Origin: Polyangiales bacterium
GTDB lineage: Bacteria; Myxococcota_A; Polyangia; Polyangiales; JADJQN01
Direction of reading: 5' to 3'
Length of the DNA: 64,000 nt
NCBI GenBank assembly: GCA_964202905.1
Contig: CAXNJO010000005.1
Span: 96,001 to 160,000, forward strand
Below the pieces are notes generated by a model, which saw only the letters and a list, made by a program, of their open reading frames with translations, was not told where the DNA came from and did not search any database. Positions 1 to 10,331 of the stretch are shown piece after piece. The position numbers were made by a program, and so were the translations under genes. The number at the start of each line of letters is the position of its first letter. Position 1 is the stretch's first letter.

Positions 1-1655
1 CCGACGCGCGTGGGCACCGGGACGCTGCGCAGCCGCTCGAGGAGCCGATCGACGACGAGCTTCGCGGGCTCGAGGTCGGTGTCGATGAGCACGATGCAGA
101 ACTCCTCGCCGCCCCAGCGCGCGACGAGATCGTGGTCGCGCAGCCCCGCGGAGAGCCGGCGCCCGAGCTCGACGAGCACCTGATCGCCGACCTCGTGACC
201 GAAGCGGTCGTTCACGCTCTTGAACGCGTCGATGTCGAGCATCGCGATCGCGAGTGGGCGCCACTTGCGCCGGATGAACGACATCTCGCGCGCGACGACG
301 TCGCTCAGGTGCCGTCGGTTGAAGAGGCCGGTCAGGGCGTCCGTGCGCGCGAGCGCCTCGATCTCGGCCTGCAGGCGGCGCTGCTGCGCGAGCGAGGCCT
401 CGAGCTCGGCGTTGCGCTCGCGCTCGACCGCCGCCGCGCGCGACGCACGCTCGGCCTCGAGGTGCAGCTCGAGCAGGCGGATGCGCTCGGTGGCGCGCGC
501 TTCGAGCTGCGACTCGCGGATCGCCCACGACGCGCGCAGGTGTCGCAGCGCCGCCGTGGGGTCGCCGGCGGCCTCGCACACCGCCGCGAGCTGGTCGTGC
601 GCCTGCCACGCGACGTTGCGGTGCAGCCCGCCCTCGCAGAGCGCGAGGCTGTCTTCGAGGAAGCCGCGCGCCTCCTCGTGGTGGCCGGCAGCCGCGAGGT
701 GCCGACCGATGAGCTGCTTCTGCCGCGCGACCTGGAAGAGATCGCCGACCGCCGCAAAGTGCTCGATGCTGCGCTGGTAGAGCGCGATCCCGCGCGCGAG
801 GGCGCCCGTGCCCGCGCACACACCGCCGAGGCCTGCGCGGAAGAGCGCGACGCTCCCCGCCCAGTCGAGCGCCTCGGCGAGCGGCAGGCCCTCCCCGTAA
901 CAGGCGCGCGCCTCCTCGAAGCGGCCCTGCTGCGAGAGCGCGCCGCCGAGGTTGCAGAGGCTGTGCGCGATGAGCCGCGCGTCGTCGATCTCGCGCGCGA
1001 TGGTGAGCGCGCGCCGCGTGTACGCCTCGTACGAGCGGCCGTCCTGCTCGCCGTGCAGGAAGCCGAGGTTGCCGAGGAGCTTCGCCTCCTGCCGCCGCGC
1101 ATCGAGCGCACGCGCGAGCGCCGCCCCCTCGAGCAGCACGAGCGACGCCTGCGCTTCGTCGCCCAGCATGACGAGGATGCGTCCCCGCGCGACGAGCACG
1201 GCGAGCGAGAGGGCGCGGCATCCCGCGGACGACATCCGCGCCTGCGCCTCCGCGATGCACGCCGCGGCGGCACCGAGGCTCCCCGTCGCGTCGAGCACGG
1301 TGGCCCGGACGAGGAGCCCCTCGACCAAGGCGCGCGGCGTCGCGGGCTCCTCCTCGGCGTCAGGGCTGCTGAGCGCGCGCGCCCCCTGCGGGTCGGCGGA
1401 CGCGATGGCGCGCACGAGCGCGAGGCCAGCCTCGTACAGCTCGACGCGCTCGCGCACCACGGCCGCGCTCCCCGGCGCGTTCGCCGCGAGTGACGGCGCG
1501 TGGCAGCGCGCGTTCGCCGCGAGTGACGGCGCGTTCGCCGCGAGCGCCGCCTCGCTCGCCACGCGGTCGAGCCACGCCGCGATCGGCAGCGCGAGCGCGG
1601 GATGCGCGGCGCTCAGCGACTCCGCCGTGGAGACCCAGCGCTCGAGCATGTCCAT
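1..1655 (-). CDS. GGDEF diguanylate cyclase with N-terminal TPR-like helical region (3' end runs off the window)
   Basis: Not in the ORF track because it is open at the edge. Manual translation gives ARTDALTGLFNRR..IAMLDIDAFKSVNDRFGHEVGDQVL..DLVARWGGEEF; the ATG at 1655 is in frame with GGEEF. Confidence 0.88.
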   Translation of the reverse strand, partial: MDMLERWVSTAESLSAAHPALALPIAAWLDRVASEAALAANAPSLAANARCHAPSLAANAPGSAAVVRERVELYEAGLALVRAIASADPQGARALSSPDAEEEPATPRALVEGLLVRATVLDATGSLGAAAACIAEAQARMSSAGCRALSLAVLVARGRILVMLGDEAQASLVLLEGAALARALDARRQEAKLLGNLGFLHGEQDGRSYEAYTRRALTIAREIDDARLIAHSLCNLGGALSQQGRFEEARACYGEGLPLAEALDWAGSVALFRAGLGGVCAGTGALARGIALYQRSIEHFAAVGDLFQVARQKQLIGRHLAAAGHHEEARGFLEDSLALCEGGLHRNVAWQAHDQLAAVCEAAGDPTAALRHLRASWAIRESQLEARATERIRLLELHLEAERASRAAAVERERNAELEASLAQQRRLQAEIEALARTDALTGLFNRRHLSDVVAREMSFIRRKWRPLAIAMLDIDAFKSVNDRFGHEVGDQVLVELGRRLSAGLRDHDLVARWGGEEFCIVLIDTDLEPAKLVVDRLLERLRSVPVPTRV

Positions 1656-1823
1656 GACCCCCGAAGCGAGAGACTTCGGTGCGCGACGGCGCCCCGCGAC
1701 GAGGCTGGAGCTTACGGAGTCCGCCCCCCGAGACGCAAGCGCGACGCGGGAGCACGCGCAGCGCGCGACGCGCGGACGCCGACACGGCTGCCCGGGTGCA
1801 GCGCCGGCGCCCGCCGCGCGCGG

Positions 1824-2446
1824 TCAGTAGACGTACACGGCGCCGGAGTCCACCGCGGTGTTGTTCGACGGGTCACCGCCGATGCCGGTCGCGTTCGAGT
1901 CTTCGAGGTGCGCCGCCACGGCGAAGGTCGAGCCGTCCGCAGCGAGCGCGAGTGCCCGGCTCGTGGAGCTGTCGTCGAAGGGTGAGAACAACGCACCGAA
2001 GCCGTCCCCAGCCTCTGCATTCGCGGCCTTCAGACACGCCTGCTGCGTCCAACCCGAAGCCGATCGCACGCAGACGTAGACGGCACCGGAATCGGGTCGG
2101 GTGTCCTCGAGCCAGGTGGACTCCGGAGGAGTGATGGTCGTCGCGGGAGAGTCCTCGTAGCCCGCGCCGACGGCAAGCGTCGAACCATCTTCCGAGATGG
2201 CATGCTCAGGCCGAATCGTTCTCCGTCTCCGGTGTTGTCCGCCTTCGGATAGGCGCTGCCGCGCGCCACGGCGATCGTGTAGGCGCGCCCCGCGTCGCCG
2301 ACGGCCGCGTCCTCGCCCCCGGCGTCCATCCCCGGATCCGGCGCTGCGTCGTCCCCGCAGGCCGAACACACCGACATCATCCCGATCACGAGCGCCCACC
2401 CGAGCGCGCGCCGCCCACCCGACAACGTCCCCCGAACCTCGATCAT
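1824..2446 (-). pseudogene. Short lipoprotein with only two FG-GAP/integrin-like blades; frameshift near 2200
   Basis: Lipobox-like VCSAC-GDD, then YPKADNTGDGERFG (ORF 2030..2446), continuing in ORF 1824..2399 as ISEDGSTLAVGAGYEDS..SGAVYV..LKAANAEAGDGFG..SGAVYVY, the same repeat as at 17404-18840 and 43441-44860. Confidence 0.7.
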
Positions 2447-2456
2447 CGTGTCCCCT

Positions 2457-4949
2457 TCAGCGATCGTTGAGCGCGGCCTCCACGGTGCGCTGCAAGAGCT
2501 CGCGCGTGTAGGGCTTGCCGAGCCGATGGACGGGGTTGGGCACGCCGAGCGCGTCGTTGTCGTCCATGATCTTCCCGGACAGCAGGATGATCGGCAGATC
2601 GGGCCGGATCCGCGACACGGCCCGCGCGACCTCCGTCCCGGACATCTCGGGCATCGTGAGGTCGGTGATGAACACGTCGAACCCGTACGGGTCGCGCTCG
2701 AACGCCTCGAGCGCCTCGCGCGGGTGAATGAAGCCCGTCGGCTCGAAGCCGAGCCGCTTCAGCAGGTGCTTGCCGACACGCACGAGCGGCTCTTCGTCGT
2801 CGAGGATGAGCACGCGCCCCGTCACCGCGCGCGCGACGGGCGCGGGCGCGGCGAACTGGACCGGCGCCGCATCGACCGCGGGGAGCAGGATGGCGAACGT
2901 CGTGCCCTGGCCCGGCTCGCTGTCGACGTGCACGACGCCCCCGTGCTCGGTGACGATCCCGTGCACCTCCGCGAGGCCGAGCCCGGTGCCCTGGCCGACC
3001 GATTTCGTCGTGAAGAACGGCTCGAAAATGCGGTCCCGCGTCACCGCGTCGATGCCGACGCCATCGTCCGAGACGCCGAGGCGGGCGTAGCGGCCAGGCG
3101 GGAGGCGCGGGGAGAGCGGCGAGGCCTCGTCGACGACCAGGGACGCGAGGTCGACGACGATCGCGCCGCGCGACTTCTCCACCGCGTGCGCGGCGTTGGT
3201 GACGAGGTTGATCAGGACTTGATGCAACTGCGTTGCATCGGCGGAGACGTGCGGTGCGTCCGGCGCGACCCGCACGGTGAGCTGCACCCCTGGCGGGAGG
3301 TTGTGGCGCACGAGCCGCACGACCTCGTCGAGCAGCGGCGCGAGGGCCACCACCGCGCGCTGCGTCGGCTTCTGCCGACTGAACGCGAGGATCTGCTTGA
3401 CCATGTCTCCCCCGCGCGCGGCGGCCTCGCCGACCTGATCGAGGCTCTCGCGGATCGGCGTCCCCGGCGACGCGTGATCCCGCGCGAGCTCGACGTTGGC
3501 GACGATGGCCGCGAGCAGGTTGTTGAAGTAGTGCGCGACGCCGCCCGCGAGCGTCCCGAGCGCCTGCATCTTCTGCGACTGCCGCAGCTCCGCCTCGAGG
3601 CGCGCGTTCTCGGCCTCGGCGCGCGCGCGCTTGCTGACGTCGCGCACCGACGTGACGACGAAGCGCCGCCCCTCGAGCTCGAACGGGCTCAGGGTGATGT
3701 CGGTCGGGATGCGCGTGCCGTCCTTGCGGAGCGCTTGCAGCTGCGGGCGCGTCGCGCCGATCGGCGTCGCGACGGGGTGCCGGAAAAAGCGCGCGCGCTC
3801 GCCCGGGTGCGCGCCTTGGTGCTCGACGGGCACCAGCATGTCCACGGGCATGCCGACGAGCTCGTCGCGCGCGTAGCCGAAGGTCGGCTCGCACGCGCGG
3901 TTCGCGAGGACGATGCGCCCGCCTTCGTCGACGATGAGCACGGCCTCGGGCGCGAACTCGAACACGCTCGAGAAGCGCGCACGCTCGGCGAGCAGCGCGG
4001 CCTCGGCGCGCCGCGTCTCGCTCACGTCGCGGATGAAGCCCGCGAATTGGGGAGGTTCGGCGTGCTCGAAGCGGACGATCGCGATCTCCGCGAGGAACTC
4101 GGTGCCGTCCGCGCGCTGCGCCGGGAGTTCGAGCCGCCGCCCGACGACGCGCTGCTCGCCCGTCTCGGCGAAGCGCGCCATGCCGCGGGAGTGCACGTCG
4201 CGGAGCGAGGGCGCGACGATCAGGTCGCCCATGAGCCGGCCGAGGACGTCCTGCCGCCGATAGCCGAAGAGCGCCTCGGCCGCGGGGTTGAACTCGAGGA
4301 AACGCCCCGCGTCGTCGATGATCACGATGGCCTCGAGGGCCGCATCGAGGATCGCGACGTTGACGGACTTCTGCTCGAGCATGCGCCCGACGAGCTCGCT
4401 GCGGGCCTCGAGATCCGCGAGCGCCGAGCCGCGCACGGCCTCCTCGAGGCGCCGACGCTCGGCGCGCAGTCGCTCGTGGTGCAGCACGATGCCGAGCCGC
4501 GGCGCGAGCGCATGCAACACGTCGAACGAGAAGGTCGCGAGGCCGCCGAGCGTGCGCCCGACGACGAGCACCCCGCGCAGCGCGCCCTCGGCGACGAGAC
4601 GCACCGCCCAGGCCTCCCCCGCGAGGAGTTCGATGCCCGGCAGCACGTCGCCCGTCTCCTCGGGCAACAAGCGCTCGGAGAGTCCGTCGCACGCGCGCAA
4701 GCGCTCGAGCGTCGCCGCGGGGAGCGCGATGCGCCCACGCGTCCGGCGGCCGAGGCCGAGGCTCGCGCGGGCGCCGAGCGAACCATCCTCGCGCAGCCCC
4801 TCGAGGTCGAAGATCACGACCGCGTCGAGCACCAGGGTGCGCGCGAGCTGGTCGGTGAGGTTCGAGAGCTCCGCGTCGAAGTCGAGGCTGCCGCTGAGCC
4901 CGGCGCAGAGCTCGTAGAGGATCGACAGGCGGCGGAGGGACTCGTCCAC
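2457..4949 (-). CDS. Hybrid sensor histidine kinase (GAF-like, PAS, PAS, HisKA, HATPase, REC)
   Basis: Two PAS motifs (FNPAAEALFGY; NRACEPTFGY), H-box AGGVAHYFNNLL, QVLINLVTNA, IFEPFFTTK..GTGLGL, receiver ILDDEE..ITDLTMP..KPY. Confidence 0.93.
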   Translation of the reverse strand: MDESLRRLSILYELCAGLSGSLDFDAELSNLTDQLARTLVLDAVVIFDLEGLREDGSLGARASLGLGRRTRGRIALPAATLERLRACDGLSERLLPEETGDVLPGIELLAGEAWAVRLVAEGALRGVLVVGRTLGGLATFSFDVLHALAPRLGIVLHHERLRAERRRLEEAVRGSALADLEARSELVGRMLEQKSVNVAILDAALEAIVIIDDAGRFLEFNPAAEALFGYRRQDVLGRLMGDLIVAPSLRDVHSRGMARFAETGEQRVVGRRLELPAQRADGTEFLAEIAIVRFEHAEPPQFAGFIRDVSETRRAEAALLAERARFSSVFEFAPEAVLIVDEGGRIVLANRACEPTFGYARDELVGMPVDMLVPVEHQGAHPGERARFFRHPVATPIGATRPQLQALRKDGTRIPTDITLSPFELEGRRFVVTSVRDVSKRARAEAENARLEAELRQSQKMQALGTLAGGVAHYFNNLLAAIVANVELARDHASPGTPIRESLDQVGEAAARGGDMVKQILAFSRQKPTQRAVVALAPLLDEVVRLVRHNLPPGVQLTVRVAPDAPHVSADATQLHQVLINLVTNAAHAVEKSRGAIVVDLASLVVDEASPLSPRLPPGRYARLGVSDDGVGIDAVTRDRIFEPFFTTKSVGQGTGLGLAEVHGIVTEHGGVVHVDSEPGQGTTFAILLPAVDAAPVQFAAPAPVARAVTGRVLILDDEEPLVRVGKHLLKRLGFEPTGFIHPREALEAFERDPYGFDVFITDLTMPEMSGTEVARAVSRIRPDLPIILLSGKIMDDNDALGVPNPVHRLGKPYTRELLQRTVEAALNDR

Positions 4950-4956
4950 GGGAGCC

Positions 4957-6150
4957 TCAGGAAGCGGGCAGCACGGCGACGTCGATCGATTTGGAGTGGT
5001 ACTGCGGGAGCCCGGCGCCGAGCGTCCCGAACGCGCCGAAGGTCAGGCAGCCGAACATGGGGACGTCGCAGCCGAGGCCATCGCGCACCGCGGCCAACTC
5101 GCGACTGATTCCCAATTCATCGGCGCCGAGCACGGCGTCACGCGACACGCACGCGAACACGAGCGCGGCGCCCGGCGCGGCGCTCCCGAGATCGGCGCGT
5201 GCGGCGCTCGCGGCCTCACGCGCCGCGGCGAGCAGCGTCTCCGGCGTGCCGATCATGAAACGCACGGCGGCGTTGGGCGGCACCTCGGAGCAGCAGGCGA
5301 TGCTGCCGTCCTCCGCGACGGCGAGCGGGCTGCGCAGCACGTGATCGCCGCCGACGCCCTGCAGGATCCCGAGGGGGTGCAGCATCGCGAACGCGACGAA
5401 CTGCTCCGGCTCCACCTCGCCGAGGCCGAAATCCCGCGCGAGATCGCGGTAGCGCTCGAAGGCGGGCACGAAGTCGAGCTTGCCGAGGCGCGCGCCGTGG
5501 ACCTCGGTGACGATCATCGGCGGGCCGATCGGGTGGCAGCCGTGCCGCAGCGCGACGCCGATCGGGGACGACGCGCCGAGCACCGCCGCGAGCGCGCTGC
5601 GCTCGTGCACCGCCGCGTCGCAGTACTGCCGACTCCCGACGAACTTCATGTCGTCGCCCGAGCCGCCCCCCGCGAGGCGCAGCGAGCTGCCGACGACGCC
5701 GACCGCGCCGCGCGCGGCGCGCACACTGTTGCCCGCGATCCCGTCGGGCAGCATGAGCAGCAGCGAAGACGGGCCGTCGCCCTCCCCGCCCACGGCCTCG
5801 AAGGCATCGAGCGCGGCGTCGACCGCGCGCGCCATCACGGCCTCGCTGTCCACCGCGATGCCGTCCACCGCGACGGCCGCGAGGCGCAGCGTGTCGCTCG
5901 CGAGGACCGCGACCCCGTCGTGCGTGACGCGCCCGCACGCGAGGACGCCGGGCGCGTTGCAGCCCGTGGTGGGCACGTTCCCGAACACGGCGCGGACGGC
6001 CGCGAGCACGCGCTCGGAGTCGTGGTTGTCGGTGCTGAACACGAGCACGGCCGTCGGGCGTGCGCCGCGCAGCCCCGCGGCCGCCTCGCGCGCAGCCTGC
6101 GTCGCGGCGGCGTGCGTGTCGGAGGCGGTGGAGAGCGCTTGCACGTACAT
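4957..6150 (-). CDS. FIST (NosP-like) sensory domain protein
   Basis: LMLPDG, LAGGGSGDD, HGCHPIGPPMIVTE, FACVSR, GCLTFG motifs typical of FIST_N/FIST_C; stop lies 7 bp from the kinase start. Confidence 0.85.
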   Translation of the reverse strand: MYVQALSTASDTHAAATQAAREAAAGLRGARPTAVLVFSTDNHDSERVLAAVRAVFGNVPTTGCNAPGVLACGRVTHDGVAVLASDTLRLAAVAVDGIAVDSEAVMARAVDAALDAFEAVGGEGDGPSSLLLMLPDGIAGNSVRAARGAVGVVGSSLRLAGGGSGDDMKFVGSRQYCDAAVHERSALAAVLGASSPIGVALRHGCHPIGPPMIVTEVHGARLGKLDFVPAFERYRDLARDFGLGEVEPEQFVAFAMLHPLGILQGVGGDHVLRSPLAVAEDGSIACCSEVPPNAAVRFMIGTPETLLAAAREAASAARADLGSAAPGAALVFACVSRDAVLGADELGISRELAAVRDGLGCDVPMFGCLTFGAFGTLGAGLPQYHSKSIDVAVLPAS

Positions 6151-6317
6151 CGGTGAGGCCTCGGGCCGCGCAGGTGAGCGCGGCGTCGGAGCATAGGAGA
6201 ACGCCGCGCCCTGCGACAAACACAATCTGCGCGCCGGCCTCCCACGACGCGGACGTCTCGACGCGGGACGGCGCTCGGCGCGGCACCGCGCGCGCGAACC
6301 GCGATACGCTCCGGCGC

Positions 6318-6728
6318 ATGGACGAACTCGTCAGATGGTTTCAGGAGGGCGGCTGGGCGATGTACGGCGCCCTGTGCTGCTCGCTGCTCTCGGTCGCGGT
6401 GGGGCTCGGCGCCGTGGGCGTCGCGTTCGCGACGAAGAAGCGCGGGCTCGCGATCGGGCTCGGCGCCGCGACGCTTCTCTTCGCGCTCTCGACCTTCTGC
6501 ACCGGCGTCGTGGGCTACTTCCACGGCATGAACAACGTCGAGGAGGCCGTCGCCTTCGCGGAGGCGGGATACCGCACCGCGCTCCTCGAGCAGGGCCGGG
6601 ACGAGGCGCAGAACAGCCTCCAGATGGGCGTCTGCGCCGCGCTGCTGCCGCTCCTGCTCGGCGCGGCCGCGCTCGGTCGCGGCCTCACGCTGCCGCGCGG
6701 CGACGCCGCGAACGCGCCGCGCGGCTGA
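6318..6728 (+). CDS. Small membrane protein, MotA/TolQ/ExbB-like
   Basis: MDELVRWFQEGGWAMY N-terminus, three hydrophobic segments, ALLEQGRDEAQNSL. Confidence 0.55.
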   Translation: MDELVRWFQEGGWAMYGALCCSLLSVAVGLGAVGVAFATKKRGLAIGLGAATLLFALSTFCTGVVGYFHGMNNVEEAVAFAEAGYRTALLEQGRDEAQNSLQMGVCAALLPLLLGAAALGRGLTLPRGDAANAPRG

Positions 6729-6940
6729 GTCGCGGCGCCGCCCACCGCGCCGCACGACTCACGGGCACGCGCTAGGTCGGGGTACTCGGCGTCCGCCGGG
6801 GGGCGCGGCCGGATCGTGCGCCCGGGCGTGCGCCGCGCGATGACCGCGGGTGCAGCGGCACCGCCTGCGTCATCCTGTCGGCGCTCGACTCCGCCGCGCC
6901 GCCCCATCCGCGCCCAATCCGACCAAACACCGAGGACACC

Positions 6941-7682
6941 ATGGCCATCTCTCGAGATACCCTCTTATGCCGTGTTCGCCTTCACGCTCGGCGCGGCCGG
7001 CTGCGGCGGTGCCGCGGGCGACATCCCCGGCGGCGAGCGCTTCACCCCTGTCGACGAGCCCGGCCGCGGCTCGGGGACGCTCGCGGTCGAGGCGCGCATC
7101 GAGTCGTCACCCGCGATCGGGGAGCGCGCCGCACGCGCCGACGACACGACGACGAACTTCGAGGTCGACGTGCGCGACGCGGGCGGTGTTCGCGTGAGCG
7201 GCGCGGTCGTCGTCGTCGAGAGCGCGCTCGGCGCCGTCACGCTCACCGAGGGCGGCTGCGGGCGCGACTACTGCGGTCGGCAGATCGGCTACGCGCGCAC
7301 CTACCTGCTCTCCGCAGAGCGCGGCAGCGACTCCCTCGAGGGCGTCCGCGTCGTCGGCCCGCGATTCCACACGCTCACGGATCCGATCGCGGACACGAGC
7401 GTCGACGGCGCGCTGCCGCTGACGGTCGCGTGGATCCCATCGGGCGACGCCGACGAGACGACCATCGAGACCCGCGAGTACCGGCAGACAGAAGCCAGCG
7501 ACAGCGGCCGCCACGACGTGCCCGCCGGCACGCTCCGCACGCGCGACGACCGGCCCGAGGACGAGCGCGCCCGCGTCACGCGCGTCGCGCGTCTCGCGCT
7601 CTCCGGCGTCGTCGGGAGCGGCACGGCCGTCGTCGAGATCCGCAACGGGGTCGCGTTCACGACGGAACCCACCGCGCCCTGA
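6941..7682 (+). CDS. Putative lipoprotein, hypothetical (probable frameshift near 6965)
   Basis: GAGG-N5-ATG at 6941 is out of frame with the lipobox-like AFTLGAAGC of ORF 6816..7682; beta-rich body. Confidence 0.5.
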
Positions 7683-7746
7683 CAACGCGGCGAGCGCGCC
7701 CTCGCGCCGTGATACCCTCCGGTCGCGCCACGCCGCGAACGAGCCG

Positions 7747-8091
7747 ATGGAACCGAACGGGCGACACCTGATCCTCGATTTCTGGGGCTGCGACGCGGGC
7801 GCGCTCAACGACGCGACCGCGCTCGAGGCCGCGCTCGTGCGCGCCGCGGAGGCCGCCGACGGCCACATCCTGCGCCGCGTCGTGCACGCGTTCGCGCCGC
7901 AGGGCGTGACGGGCCTGCTGCTGCTCGAGGAGTCGCACCTCTCCATCCACACCTGGCCCGAGCGCGGCTACGCGGCGATCGACTTCTACACCTGCGGCGC
8001 CGCCGACCCCTCGCGCGCCGAGGCCCCGCTCGCCGAGGTGCTGCGGCCCGCGCACGTCGCGCGGCAGCTGCTCGTGCGGGGCGTGCGATGA
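7747..8091 (+). CDS. speD: S-adenosylmethionine decarboxylase proenzyme (short class 1B type)
   Basis: GRHLILDFWGCD, FAPQGVT, LEESHLSIHTWPE (E/S self-cleavage site), IDFYTCG. Confidence 0.95.
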   Translation: MEPNGRHLILDFWGCDAGALNDATALEAALVRAAEAADGHILRRVVHAFAPQGVTGLLLLEESHLSIHTWPERGYAAIDFYTCGAADPSRAEAPLAEVLRPAHVARQLLVRGVR

Positions 8092-10146
8092 ACCTCGTGC
8101 GCACGGGGATGTGCCCGAATTGCGGCGCCCCGATCGAGTTCGCGCTCGGCAGCTGCGTCTCGAAGGTCTGCACGTTTTGCAGCCACGTCGTCGTCCGCAC
8201 CGATCGCGACCTCGCGACGCTCGGCAAGATCGCCGAGCTCGTGCCGACGAACCCGCCCTTCGAGGTCGGCGACGTGATCACCGTCGAGGGCCGCGGCGCG
8301 CGCGTCACGGGCCGCGTGCAGAAGGACTGGGGCGCGGGCCCGTGGGACGAGCTCTCGATCGAGTTCGACGACGGCGCGTGGGCCTGGATCGCGCGCGCGC
8401 AGGGCCGCTGGTACGTGACGTCGCGCGTGGATCAGCCGGGCGGCCCGCTGCCGCCCTTCGCCGCCGTGAGCACCGCGGGCCAGCGTGGCCGGCTGGGCGC
8501 GCACCCCGCCGAGTGGACGGTGACCGAGGCACGGCAGGCGCGCGTGATCGCGGCGCGCGGCGACTTCCCCGAGCCCTTCGCGCCCGGCGAGGTGAGCGCC
8601 TACGTCGACCTCGTCGCGCCCGGCGGCGCGTTCGCGACGCTCGACTACGCCGCGCCCGAGGCCGCGCCCGCGCTCTACGTCGGCAAGGTGCTGCCCGCCG
8701 CCGCGATCACGCTCGCGAGCGAGGCGCTCGGCCCGCGCCCCGCGGAGAAGACGCGGACCGCCGCGCTGCGCTGCCCCGACTGCGGCGCGCCCCTCGAGCT
8801 GCGCGATCCCGGCGACGTCGAGCGCGTCGGTTGCGGCGCGTGCGGCGCCATCCACGAGCCGCGCGGACAGGGCGCGAACCTCGCGCTCGTGCACGTCTCG
8901 GCGGGCCCGGCGCTCGGACGCTCGCTCTCGATCCCGATCGGGACGAGGGGCACGCTGCGCGGCCAGAGCGTCCTCGTGATCGGCGCGATGCAGCGCTACA
9001 CGGTGGTCGAAGGCGCGCGCTACCTCTGGCTCGAGTACCTGCTCCACACCGACGCGGGCTATCTCTGGCTCCTCGAGGACGCCGGGCATTTCACGCTCAT
9101 CCGCGACGCCGACGTCACGAAGGTAAGTTTCGACGACGTCGGCGCCGCACGCTACGAAGGCCGCAATTTCAAGGGCTTTTTCTCGAATCCGGTGCACGTC
9201 GCGGCCGTCGCCGGCGAGTTCTACTGGAAGGTGTCCAAAGACGAGACGACCCACGTCGACGACTTCATCGCGCCCCCCCGCGTCCTCAGCCGCGAGCGCA
9301 CCGATCAGGAAGCGAACCACTCCATCGGCGAGTACCTCGAGCCCGCCGAGGTCTCCGCCGCGTTCGGCGGCCGCACCCTGCCCACACGCGTCGGCATCGC
9401 GCCCGCGCAGCCCGGACCCGGCGTGCGCGGCCCGCTGGTCGCGCTCGGCCTCGGCCTCGTCCTGCTCCTGTTCGTCGCGGGCGTCGTCGGCGGCAGCAGC
9501 CGCACGCTCTCGAGCTTCTCGCTCGCCGTGCTGAGCGGCGACGGCACGCGCATCCCGCGCGGACTCGGAGAGCCGACGATCTTCGGCAAGCCGCCCGCGG
9601 ATCCCGCGCCCTTCGGCAAGCCACCCGCGGCGCCGGGCCCCGACGCGAGCGAGCTGCCCAACGTCACGATCTCCCCGAGCTTCGTCGTCCCCCGCATGAC
9701 GACGCTCGGCTTCGAGCTCGAATGTGCCGCAAAACAACCTCTACGTCGCGACCGAGTGCGCGCTCGTGAACGAGGAGACGGGCGACACGCGCGAGTTCGC
9801 CTTCGACGTCGGCTACTACAGCGGGGTCTCGGGCGGCGAGAGCTGGAGCGAGGGCTCGCACACCGACACCGCCTACCTCGACCGCATCCCGCCCGGCACG
9901 TACAGCCTGCACGTCCGCACCGAGTGGGAGGCCTTCAGCGGCGATGGAGCGTATCCATTGCTCGGCGCCTACGGGCCCCAGCCGCCCACGCCCTCGATCG
10001 CCGTCCTCGAGAACGCGCGCAGCGCCTGCTGCTTCGTGCTCGCCTTGCTCTTCATCCTGATTCCGGCGGGCTTCGGGCTCATCCGCGCGCGCGCCTTCGA
10101 GACGCAACGCTGGAGCAACTCGAACCTCGTGTCGGGAGACGACTGA
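8088..10146 (+). CDS. DUF4178-domain protein with Zn ribbons and TM segments (frameshift near 9722)
   Basis: CPNCGA..CTFC and CPDCGA..CGAC ribbons, two WxE-type domains (PWDEL, WLEYLL), AGEFYWKV; continues in ORF 9724..10146 ending FETQRWSNSN. Confidence 0.75.
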
Positions 10147-10331
10147 TGCGCCCCCGCGAACTCCTCTGGCTCGTGCTCCCGCTCGTCGTCGCGATCGGCT
10201 ACGGCGCGTCCGTCGCCGCCCGGTGGGATCCGAACGCGACGAACTCCGACCGTGACCGCATGCCCGTCGCCGGTGGGCGCGGGCGCAGCCACTTCCACAC
10301 GTACTGGTCCACCGGATTTGGAGGCAAGTGA
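10146..10331 (+). CDS. 61-aa membrane-anchored small protein ending ...FHTYWSTGFGGK
   Basis: ATG overlaps the upstream TGA (TGATG) and its stop overlaps the DUF350 start; one hydrophobic helix (LLWLVLPLVVAIGYGASV). Confidence 0.65.
   Translation: MRPRELLWLVLPLVVAIGYGASVAARWDPNATNSDRDRMPVAGGRGRSHFHTYWSTGFGGK

Noticed and set aside
132..1493. Long plus-strand ORF, and similar ones such as 2448..5108, 33053..36271, 42742..47253 and 58157..61723
   Set aside because: Antisense or off-frame shadows of real genes; Arg/Ala/Pro-rich with no motifs, as expected at this GC content.
9715..9730. Programmed ribosomal frameshifting at the frame breaks
   Set aside because: No consistent slippery heptamer at this or the other breaks; assembly indels are a simpler explanation.
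8088..10331. 747-aa single protein as given in the ORF track
   Set aside because: Artefact of the frameshift near 9722 joining the DUF4178 N-terminal part to the separate 61-aa gene through an off-frame stretch.
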